The position numbers and the translations under genes were made by a program. From assembly GCA_965267345.1 (NCBI GenBank), contig OZ253947.1:3648-67647 (forward strand): a stretch of 64,000 nucleotides of DNA, read 5' to 3'. Below the pieces are notes generated by a model, which did not search any database, was not told where the DNA came from, and worked only from the letters and a program-made list of their open reading frames with translations. Below are positions 56,078 to 64,000 of the stretch, in pieces. Source of the stretch: Minisyncoccota bacterium. GTDB taxonomy: Bacteria > Patescibacteriota > Minisyncoccia > Phycocordibacterales > UBA2100. Positions within the stretch are counted from its first letter, which is position 1, and each line of letters opens with the position of its first letter.

Positions 56078-56683
56078 ATGACTGAAGAAACCAAAAACAC
56101 ACAGACGACACCGCAGACAGCGGCACCGGAAAAGGATGCGGCACGTACCACGGCTCCTGCACGCGGTCGCGGCGGGAAGCGCAGCGATGCGGCGCCGGAG
56201 CGCGGACAACGTCGCGGTGCGCGTGCGTCGCGAGGCGAGCGACGCGACCGCACCCCTGAGTTTGCACAGAAAATTCTCGACATTCGTCGTGTGACCCGTG
56301 TGATGGCCGGTGGTCGTCGCTTCAGTTTTTCAGTTACGATGGTGATTGGTGACAAGAAGGGACGTGTTGGTGTTGGTGTCGGCAAAGCGTCTGACACGGC
56401 ACTGGCAATCGAAAAGTCGATTCGCGACGCACGTAAGCGTATGATCACCGTTGCGCGCACCGAAAACAACAGCATCCCACATGACGTTGAAGCGAAGTAC
56501 GGCTCAAGCGCCATCATCATTCGTCCCGCACAAGGACGCGGACTCGTTGCCGGTGCAGCAGTGCGCACCGTGCTCGAACTTGCCGGCGTGACCGACGTAA
56601 CCTCAAAGGTACTGTCACGCAGCAAAAACCAGATGAACATTGCACGCGCGGCGATTGCAGCACTCACCAAACTGCAGAAGTAA
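56078..56683 (+). CDS. rpsE: 30S ribosomal protein S5
   Basis: RVTRV.AGGRRFSF, G.VGVG.GKA, VLELAG. Confidence 0.97.
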   Translation: MTEETKNTQTTPQTAAPEKDAARTTAPARGRGGKRSDAAPERGQRRGARASRGERRDRTPEFAQKILDIRRVTRVMAGGRRFSFSVTMVIGDKKGRVGVGVGKASDTALAIEKSIRDARKRMITVARTENNSIPHDVEAKYGSSAIIIRPAQGRGLVAGAAVRTVLELAGVTDVTSKVLSRSKNQMNIARAAIAALTKLQK

Positions 56684-56694
56684 ACAACAGATCT

Positions 56695-57147
56695 ATGGTT
56701 AGCTTGAATTCAGTACATAAAAACACGGCACACAAAGACGCACGACGCGTCGGGCGTGGTGGCAAGCGCGGCAAAACGAGCGGCCGTGGTCACAAGGGGC
56801 AGAAGCAGCACGGCGGCCACGGTATTCGCCCTGAGCTGCGCGACATGATCAAGAAGCTCCCGAAGCTGCGCGGTCACGGTAAGAACCGTGCACGCACCGT
56901 CAACAGTGCGCGTGTTGAGAACACCCCCGTCAACCTCTCGGACATTAGTGCAGCATTTTCGTCGGGTGACACGGTAAACCCGCAGACACTGGTTGCAAAG
57001 GGTGTGGTGGCGCCGCGCGCCGGCAAAGCACCTCAAGTGAAAATTCTCGGTCGCGGCGAGTTGTCGGTCAAAGTTTCTGTCGAAAACTGCGCGGTATCTG
57101 CAGCAGCACGCACAGCAATAGAAGACAAGGGAGGCACCATCGCCTAA
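56695..57147 (+). CDS. rplO: 50S ribosomal protein L15
   Basis: RVGRGG..GKTSGRGHKGQ, VKILG.G. Confidence 0.96.
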   Translation: MVSLNSVHKNTAHKDARRVGRGGKRGKTSGRGHKGQKQHGGHGIRPELRDMIKKLPKLRGHGKNRARTVNSARVENTPVNLSDISAAFSSGDTVNPQTLVAKGVVAPRAGKAPQVKILGRGELSVKVSVENCAVSAAARTAIEDKGGTIA

Positions 57148-57154
57148 CCGTTGT

Positions 57155-58429
57155 ATGTTTGCTACCTTTTTTCACAAACTCACGCGAGTCTTTAAAGACG
57201 AGTCACTGCGCCGTCGCATTTTGTTTGTGCTCGGTGCACTCGTGGTATTTCGTATTTTGGCGACAATTCCTATTCCAGGAGTTAACGCGATCCAGCTCGA
57301 ACAATTCTTTTCAAACAATCAATTCCTCGGCCTGTTGAACATTTTCTCTGGTGGTGGTCTCTCAAACCTCTCAATTGTCATGCTCGGTGTCGGACCGTTC
57401 ATTACCGCGTCAATCATTATGCAGGTGATGACGGTTATTTCACCGAAACTCAAGAGCATGTATCAGGATGAAGGGGAGGCGGGACGCCTGAAATTCACCC
57501 AGTACTCGCGGTACCTCACCGTGCCGTTAGCATTTATGCAGGGCTTTGCGTTTCTCTCGCTCCTGCAGAGCAACGGCATTGTTCCGGCACTCGGCTTTTT
57601 CCCGATGATGACCAACGTACTGGTGATTGCTGCCGGATCTATTTTGCTCATGTGGGTTGGTGAGCTGGTCACCGAATTTGGTATCGGGAACGGTATCTCG
57701 TTGCTCATTTTCGCCGGTATTGTTGCCATTCTGCCGAGCACGGTCAGCCAGCTCTTCTTTACTTTTGACGTCTCGCAGTTGCCGCTGTACCTTGGTTTTA
57801 TTGCTGCCGGCATCGCGGTAACCGCCGCTGTTGTCTTCATTACCGAGGCAGAGCGCCCTATTCCGATTACCTACGCGCGCCAGAGTCGCGGTAGTAAGCA
57901 GTCTGCCGGTGTGGCGAGTTACTTGCCGTTGCGTGTCAACCAAGCGGGTGTGATTCCGATTATCTTCGCACTCTCGATTCTGCTATTCCCACAGGTGATT
58001 GCCTCATTCTTGGCAACGTCAGGACTGAGTGTGGTCGCTGGCGCTGCAGACGCAGTCGTGCGCGCACTGTCGAATCAGTGGGTCTACGGCGGTCTTTACT
58101 TCGCGCTCGTGGTGATGTTTACCTACTTCTATACCGCGATTACCTTTGATCCAAACCGCGTCGCAAACAACCTGCAAAAGAGCGGTGCATTCGTACCGGG
58201 TGTCCGTCCGGGCAACCACACCTCGGAGTACGTCGGAAACATCCTGACGCGTTTGACGCTCGTCGGTGCACTCTTCCTCGGTATTGTGGCCGTGTTGCCA
58301 ATTATCATGCAGGGTATTACGGGTATTGCGACACTGACCCTCGGCGGTACAGCGCTGCTCATTGCGGTGTCAGTGGTACTCGATATTGTGAAGCGTGTTG
58401 ACGCGCAGGTCTCCGTCCGCGAATACTAG
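57155..58429 (+). CDS. secY: Preprotein translocase SecY
   Basis: LGVGPFITASII, GIGNGISLLIF, NQAGVIPIIFA, PGVRPG, GGTALLI. Confidence 0.98.
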   Translation: MFATFFHKLTRVFKDESLRRRILFVLGALVVFRILATIPIPGVNAIQLEQFFSNNQFLGLLNIFSGGGLSNLSIVMLGVGPFITASIIMQVMTVISPKLKSMYQDEGEAGRLKFTQYSRYLTVPLAFMQGFAFLSLLQSNGIVPALGFFPMMTNVLVIAAGSILLMWVGELVTEFGIGNGISLLIFAGIVAILPSTVSQLFFTFDVSQLPLYLGFIAAGIAVTAAVVFITEAERPIPITYARQSRGSKQSAGVASYLPLRVNQAGVIPIIFALSILLFPQVIASFLATSGLSVVAGAADAVVRALSNQWVYGGLYFALVVMFTYFYTAITFDPNRVANNLQKSGAFVPGVRPGNHTSEYVGNILTRLTLVGALFLGIVAVLPIIMQGITGIATLTLGGTALLIAVSVVLDIVKRVDAQVSVREY

Positions 58430-58556
58430 AATACTAGCGCGGGGTTAGCGCATAGCTTTGTTGCGCTTCAAATATGTGCACTCACCGTATGCATAATACG
58501 GTTCGTTTCATATTCTTGTGCGCGCCTCGCTCTGCATCTAACCCCGCGCTAGTATT
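58430..58556. mobile_element. 127-bp MITE/REPIN-like element with 19-bp terminal inverted repeats
   Basis: AATACTAGCGCGGGGTTAG (58430-58448) and CTAACCCCGCGCTAGTATT (58538-58556); internal hairpin ACCGTAT/ATACGGT. Confidence 0.6.
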
Positions 58557-58746
58557 TTGCGTGCGCTCCTAGAATTGCACCCAAAAATGAGCGTTAGCAC
58601 CTCTTATATACAACGACCGACCTTGTTTCGCACGAGGGCGGTCCTCGTGCAGCGTTGGTGCGAGTAAGGGTCATAAATCACTCAAAGGGCGTCTTTGAGT
58701 GATTTATGTGCGCGAACAGGTGGAATTTGCTACACTTGTCGCACCT

Positions 58747-59334
58747 ATGGCACCAAAAAAGCAGGTACTGGTCATCTCCGGCCCCACGGGCAGCGGCGAG
58801 TCAACATTCACCCACGAACTCATTGAAGCCTACGAGACGTTTGCCAAACTCACCTCAGCGACAACGCGTGAGCCGCGGCTCAATGAGGAGCATGGCGTCG
58901 ACTACTACTTTTTCGACAAAGAGCAGTTCTTTAATGCGGTGGATTGTGGCGACATTGTCGAGTACACGCACGTAAAAAACCGTGATGCCTACTATGGTGC
59001 CTATAAACCTGATTTGGATGAGAAACTCTCAAAAGGCCTCAATGTTATCGTCAACACCGACGTCAAAGGTGCGCTCTTCTTTAAGGAGCACTACCGCGCC
59101 ACGACGATTTTCATTAAACCCAAGTCACTTGAAGTGATTGAGGACCGGCTCCGTCGCCGTGATGCATCTATCAGTGACGAAGAGGTTGCCAAGCGTCTTA
59201 AAAGTGCGCAGCAGGAAATTGACGATGCAGAGAATAAGTACGACTACGTCGTCTGGAACACTGACGGTGAGTTCGCCAATACTCTTATCGAGGTGGTTGA
59301 GATACTGAAGAAGGAAGGGTATAGTGTCGAGTAA
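58747..59334 (+). CDS. gmk: Guanylate kinase-like protein 1
   Basis: SGPTGSGEST (degenerate P-loop), ATTREPR..E.HGVDYYF. Confidence 0.85.
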   Translation: MAPKKQVLVISGPTGSGESTFTHELIEAYETFAKLTSATTREPRLNEEHGVDYYFFDKEQFFNAVDCGDIVEYTHVKNRDAYYGAYKPDLDEKLSKGLNVIVNTDVKGALFFKEHYRATTIFIKPKSLEVIEDRLRRRDASISDEEVAKRLKSAQQEIDDAENKYDYVVWNTDGEFANTLIEVVEILKKEGYSVE

Positions 59335-59337
59335 ATT

Positions 59338-59925
59338 ATGTCAGATGCGCCCAGAGGAAATGTCGTCGTTATTGCCGGACCCAGTGGAAGCGGAAAAAAT
59401 AGCATCATCAACGGTGTCATTGAGCGCTGTAGCAACTGCGTACGCTTAGTGACGGCAACGACACGCGAGCCGCGAGCCGGCGAAGTAGACGGCGTCGACT
59501 ACCATTTTCTCTCAAAAGGCGACTTTCTCGCAGGAATGAAGGACGGACGTATTCCCGAGCACTGGTACGCCGAGGAGACCGACCGGTATTACGGCACGTA
59601 CCTTCCTGATCTGGAGCAGAAGCTCAGCGAGGGGAAGACGGTGCTCGCTCACATGCAGATCGAAGGCGCACGCTATTTTAAGGCGCACTTTAATGCACTC
59701 ACATTATTCATTATGCCGCACTCGCTCGACGTGTTGCGTCAGCGTGTACTCGAGCGGCAGGACATGGGCGCCGAAGAACTCGAAGAGCGACTCGCCGAAG
59801 CACAGCGTGAGATACAGGAGGATGCGCCACAGTACGATATGCAGATCGTCAACGAGCAGGGCAAGTTGGACGAAGCCATCCAAGCGGCCATCAATCTGTT
59901 ACGAGACAAAGGTTTTAATGTTTAG
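59338..59925 (+). CDS. gmk: Guanylate kinase 2
   Basis: GPSGSGKNS, TTREPRAGEVDGVDYHF, YYGT. Confidence 0.9.
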   Translation: MSDAPRGNVVVIAGPSGSGKNSIINGVIERCSNCVRLVTATTREPRAGEVDGVDYHFLSKGDFLAGMKDGRIPEHWYAEETDRYYGTYLPDLEQKLSEGKTVLAHMQIEGARYFKAHFNALTLFIMPHSLDVLRQRVLERQDMGAEELEERLAEAQREIQEDAPQYDMQIVNEQGKLDEAIQAAINLLRDKGFNV

Positions 59926-59933
59926 AGACATAT

Positions 59934-60524
59934 ATGCAGCAGTCAAAAACAGTACTCTTTTTCGGACCCTCAGGGGCGGGCAAAGGAACACAAGTGAAGC
60001 TCCTTACCGAGTTTCTGAAAAACAACACAGAGCGCGAGACCGTGTATATTGAAATGGGCGCATTGCTACGCGCCATGGTTGCTGAGGGCGGTTACTCGGC
60101 AGAGCTCACCGGTGAGGTGATCTCACATGGCGGGCTTATGCCGAGTTTTATTCCCGTGCATTTGATGACCAAACACCTCGTTGAACATTTTACAGGCGAA
60201 GAGCATATCATTGCCGATGGTGTAGTGCGCCGTCCCGATCAAGCACGTGGTTTTGACGACGCGATGGAGTTCTACGGGCGCGGTGACTACGAGGTTGTGT
60301 GTATCGAGCTTTCAGAAGCAAGCACCATGGAACGTTTGTTGGAGCGCGGGCGCAGCGATGATACGGAAGAGTCGATTCGTCGGCGTATGCAGTGGTATCA
60401 TGATGAAGTGGCACCATTAATTGATTTATTTAAAGAGCGCGGACGCACCATTCATTACATCGATGGCGAACCGAGTATCGATGCGGTACACGAGAGTATT
60501 CTTAATGCGCTAGCACTTGCATGA
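59934..60524 (+). CDS. adk: Adenylate kinase (short, LID-less)
   Basis: GPSGAGKGTQ, G.LLR, RGRSDD; position before map. Confidence 0.85.
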   Translation: MQQSKTVLFFGPSGAGKGTQVKLLTEFLKNNTERETVYIEMGALLRAMVAEGGYSAELTGEVISHGGLMPSFIPVHLMTKHLVEHFTGEEHIIADGVVRRPDQARGFDDAMEFYGRGDYEVVCIELSEASTMERLLERGRSDDTEESIRRRMQWYHDEVAPLIDLFKERGRTIHYIDGEPSIDAVHESILNALALA

Positions 60525-61282
60525 TTTTACGTAACGAAGAAGACCGAGAGATTTTGCGCGAAGGCGGACGGCGTCTCGCGACGATTTTGCAAGAAACGGC
60601 GGCACAAGCGCGCCCGGGAGTAACGTTGCGTGAACTCGATACATTTGCGCGCGGAGTCATTCGCGACTATGGCGACGAACCAATCTTTGAAGGCTACGGC
60701 GCCGGCGGCTCCACACCGCCATTTCCGTCAGTGATTTGTACATCGGTGAATGACGCGCTCGTACACGGAATTCCGAACGACCACGAACTGCAGGAAGGTG
60801 ACATTTTAAGTATTGATTGTGGTATTCGTCATCGCGGAATCTGTACTGACTCGGCAATTACCTTTGGTATCGGCGACATCGCACCTGAAGATGCCGAACT
60901 CATGACGGCAACCCGCGAAGCACTCAATGCACAGCTTGCCGTGGCGCGCGCTGGAGCGACGATCGGCGACATCGGCCACGCTGCCGAAGTCGTCGCACAA
61001 AAGTACGGCTACGGTTACCCGAAGGAACTCGGTGGGCACGGTGTTGGTTTAGAGATGCACGAAGAACCATTTATTTTCAACTACGGACGGCCGCACACGG
61101 GTGCAACGCTCGTTGAAAATCAGGTGTTGGCACTTGAGCCGATGTTCGCACGCGGGAGTGGCGCGATACGTCTCGGGCCCGACAAATGGACATACTTTAT
61201 GAAAGATGGCGCAAACGGCGCCCACTTTGAACACACGGTTATTATCGGCACGGACGGTGCTGAAGTCGTAACACGCACCTAG
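60521..61282 (+). CDS. map: Methionine aminopeptidase type I
   Basis: CTSVND..VHGIP, DSA.T, GHGVG..MHEEP, ALEPM, AHFEHT. Confidence 0.96.
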   Translation: MILRNEEDREILREGGRRLATILQETAAQARPGVTLRELDTFARGVIRDYGDEPIFEGYGAGGSTPPFPSVICTSVNDALVHGIPNDHELQEGDILSIDCGIRHRGICTDSAITFGIGDIAPEDAELMTATREALNAQLAVARAGATIGDIGHAAEVVAQKYGYGYPKELGGHGVGLEMHEEPFIFNYGRPHTGATLVENQVLALEPMFARGSGAIRLGPDKWTYFMKDGANGAHFEHTVIIGTDGAEVVTRT

Positions 61283-61337
61283 CGACCTATCAACGTCGCG
61301 CTTTCACCTCTGCGCTTGGGTTCGGTATACTGTGGAC

Positions 61338-64000
61338 ATGCCGCAATTTGAAGGACGCGCTCCTGAACAGTTTGACCCACGTCAGCCATCGGAAGGATTC
61401 TCTTCGTCGGAGGAAGAGCTCGCATACTTACGCGAGCGAGTACGCCGCAAAGAAGAGGAGCTCGAGATGCCCGCGGGTGACGAATTTGAGCGATCACGTG
61501 TCGCCAAGCGCGAAATCACGAGCTATCAAGATACGCCGAGCGAAGAGGTGCTCAAGAAAACGTATGAAATGCCCGAGAGCGAAATTCTCAAGAAGCAGCT
61601 CCACCTTGAGCCCGAAGAGCACGACGCACAGGTAGACGCTCTTTTGCAGATGGTGCCCGAGCGCGGCATCAAGAATACGCTTGCGGTGGTGCAGAAAATG
61701 GGCAGCGCACACCTTGAAGACGACATTCATCGCGCGCTCGTACAGTACGTCGCTGAAGGGTTCCCGACAAAGGGCGTTAAAGAGGGTACTGAGCTCTGGA
61801 AATCACTGCACATGACGCTCTACGAAGTCTCGCTTCCCGGACGCGTACTCGGCGAAGATGCGCGCGAGCAGGTGCAAGACTTAGAGAAGCTCCTCGCGTC
61901 AATGGAACAGTTCTACGCCGGCATGCTCAGTGTTGTTGGCACGGGCGCACGCAAAAAGAAAAATATCTTTTCTGTTGAGATTGCTGTGCAGCAGGGAAGT
62001 GAGGAAGCAGTATTTTACGTAAGCGTGCCGCGCAAGAAGCGAGAGTTGTTTGAAAAGCACGTCATTTCTATCTTTCCAAACGCCCGTATTGATGAGGTGC
62101 GCGGTGACTACAACATTTTCAACTACGGCGGCGCCCACGCGGCTGCGTATGGTGCACTCGAGCGTAATCCCGTATACCCACTGAAAGAGTACGATGCCTT
62201 TACGCACGACCCGCTCAACGTCATGCTCTCGGCATTCAGCAAGCTCAAAAAGCGCGGCGAGGGGGCGGCCATTCAGCTCGTCATCGGCGATGAAAAAGAC
62301 AAGTACAATAAGCAGTACAAGAAAGTACTTGATTTACTTCGCGAGGGAAAAAGTCCGGACGTAGCAATACGGCGTGGTACGTCGGCCGTACGAGAAGCAT
62401 TTGATGCAATTGCGAAAGAGCTCGGCGATGCACTGTTTAATCGCACCGGACCGGAGGAGCACAAGCCCGTTGACGATCTGACGCTCGAAATGATTAAGAA
62501 GAAAGCGCACAGTCGCATTGTGCCGGTGTCCGTTAGGATCCTTGCCTCAGCAGAGGAGGTAGACCGCGCCGACGACATTCTCGACAATATCATCTCAACG
62601 TTCAATCAGTTCGAAGATGCCCAAGGCAACAGCCTTGCTTTCACACGCGTACCGCGGCGCAAGCTCGGTGCATTTATGCGCGCCTTTACCTACCGCACTA
62701 TGGACTTCGCACGGGCGATACCACTCTCGCTTGCTGAGCTGACAGCGATGTACCACCTGACGGCCGGTGGCGTCTCGACATCGCGCGAGCTGAAGCAGTC
62801 GCGCGCGCGACAGGTGGCTGCACCAATCGAGGTATCATCTGATGAAGAAGAAGCACCAGCGCACACTACTGACGCGTCGGCGACGTCGCCACGCACATCA
62901 CGCGGGGTGGTCTTGGGAAAAAATACGTACGGCGGTTCTGAGACACTCGTGCGCTTCCAGCCTGAAGATCGCCTTCGCCACTTTTATGAGATTGGTCAGA
63001 CGGGTACCGGTAAGACCAACCTCATTAAAAACATGATTATTCAGGACATCCAGAACGGAGACGGCTGTGCCTATATTGATCCGCACGGCTCTGATATTCT
63101 GGACATTCTTGCGGCGATTCCGCCCGAGCGCCACGATGACGTCATTTACTTTGACCCCGCACACACGCAGCAACCGATGGCACTCAATATCATGGAATTT
63201 GACCCTGAGTGTCCCGACCAAAAGACATTCGTCGTGAACGAAATATTCAGCATCTTTGAAAAACTCTTCGGCGATGTTCCTGAGGCACTCGGGCCGATGT
63301 TCCAGCAGTACTTCCGCAATGCGGCCATGCTCGCCCTTGAAGGCATGGAGCCCGGAACGGCAACGATGGGTGACATTCCGCGAGTATTGGCAAATGCACA
63401 ATTCCGCAAGGAGTGTTTAGCACGCTCGCAAAATCCTGTTGTCAACCAATTCTGGGAGGAGATTGCCGAGAAGGCAGGCGGCGAAGCGTCGCTCGAAAAC
63501 GTCGTGCCCTACATCACCAGTAAGACCGATATCTTTTTGGGGAACGAGCTGATGCGCCCTATTGTGATGCAGGAGAAATCAGCCTTCAATTTCCGTGACA
63601 TCATGGATAATCGCAAGATTTTGCTGGTGAATCTCTCAAAGGGAAAGCTTGGCGACCTGAACTCAGAGCTGTTGGGTCTGATTGTCGTTGGTAAATTCCT
63701 GCAAGCGGCACTCGCGCGCGTTGATAATCTCGACGGCGATTTGCCGCCGTTCTATCTCTACATTGATGAGTTCCAAAACTTCACCACGCCGTCGATCGCC
63801 ACGATTCTCTCGGAAGCGCGAAAGTACAAGCTCTCGCTTAACATTGCCCACCAATTTATTGCACAACTTGATGAGAAGATTCGCGATGCGGTCTTTGGTA
63901 ACGTCGGCACCAAGTGTGTCTTTCGCGTCAGTACCGAAGATGCGGAGTTTCTTGAGAAGACGTTCAAGCCTGACTTTTATGCACATGATATTATGGGACT
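61338..64000 (+). CDS. Large DUF87/VirD4-TraD-like P-loop ATPase, truncated by window edge (not in ORF track)
   Basis: ATG 61338; in-frame Walker A GQTGTGKT (about 62994), IDPHG, YIDEFQNF, LSEARKY, AHQFIAQL, VFGNVGT. Confidence 0.88.
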   Translation, partial: MPQFEGRAPEQFDPRQPSEGFSSSEEELAYLRERVRRKEEELEMPAGDEFERSRVAKREITSYQDTPSEEVLKKTYEMPESEILKKQLHLEPEEHDAQVDALLQMVPERGIKNTLAVVQKMGSAHLEDDIHRALVQYVAEGFPTKGVKEGTELWKSLHMTLYEVSLPGRVLGEDAREQVQDLEKLLASMEQFYAGMLSVVGTGARKKKNIFSVEIAVQQGSEEAVFYVSVPRKKRELFEKHVISIFPNARIDEVRGDYNIFNYGGAHAAAYGALERNPVYPLKEYDAFTHDPLNVMLSAFSKLKKRGEGAAIQLVIGDEKDKYNKQYKKVLDLLREGKSPDVAIRRGTSAVREAFDAIAKELGDALFNRTGPEEHKPVDDLTLEMIKKKAHSRIVPVSVRILASAEEVDRADDILDNIISTFNQFEDAQGNSLAFTRVPRRKLGAFMRAFTYRTMDFARAIPLSLAELTAMYHLTAGGVSTSRELKQSRARQVAAPIEVSSDEEEAPAHTTDASATSPRTSRGVVLGKNTYGGSETLVRFQPEDRLRHFYEIGQTGTGKTNLIKNMIIQDIQNGDGCAYIDPHGSDILDILAAIPPERHDDVIYFDPAHTQQPMALNIMEFDPECPDQKTFVVNEIFSIFEKLFGDVPEALGPMFQQYFRNAAMLALEGMEPGTATMGDIPRVLANAQFRKECLARSQNPVVNQFWEEIAEKAGGEASLENVVPYITSKTDIFLGNELMRPIVMQEKSAFNFRDIMDNRKILLVNLSKGKLGDLNSELLGLIVVGKFLQAALARVDNLDGDLPPFYLYIDEFQNFTTPSIATILSEARKYKLSLNIAHQFIAQLDEKIRDAVFGNVGTKCVFRVSTEDAEFLEKTFKPDFYAHDIMG

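Noticed and set aside
1-64000. Alternative genetic code, DGR/retron or self-splicing introns
   Set aside because: Conserved genes translate intact in code 11; no reverse transcriptase motifs or interrupted genes were seen

Overview
A 64-kb chromosomal window from a Patescibacteria (CPR) bacterium, most likely Parcubacteria (Kaiserbacteria-like). Support: rpmD/uL30 is absent between rpsE and rplO, the order rpsO-NYN...pnp, a trigger factor without FKBP domain, a type IV pilus plus split ComEC set, and a large DUF87/VirD4-like ATPase. Content is mostly housekeeping: pnp, rpsO, xer, xth, cca, 4 tRNAs, hup, rny, clpP, tig, ppa, nusA, pil genes, tpiA-pgk, recJ, rnhA, mscL, comEC, sod, and the str/S10/spc clusters through secY-gmk-gmk-adk-map. 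No CRISPR array, prophage or transposase was seen. The notable signals are mostly non-coding or below the ORF-track cut-off. (1) A candidate oriC/centromere region at about 8.4-13.7 kb, with DnaA-box-like 9-mers, parS-like sites (two inside yraN) and at least 12 copies of an unrecognised 13-mer, AAATGTCC(G/T)TTAG. (2) Three dispersed loci, each with a pair of 20-bp palindromes TGT(C/T)TCGATTAATCGA(G/A)ACA. (3) Partial tRNA duplicates and palindromic mini-elements at three tRNAs. (4) Core genes appear leaderless or SD-less, while four orphan genes have a strong Shine-Dalgarno and a downstream hairpin; these include an unannotated 58-aa Flp-pilin-like gene in the pilus locus and a lipoprotein splitting fusA from tuf. 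All family calls come from motif recognition by eye; no searches were run.
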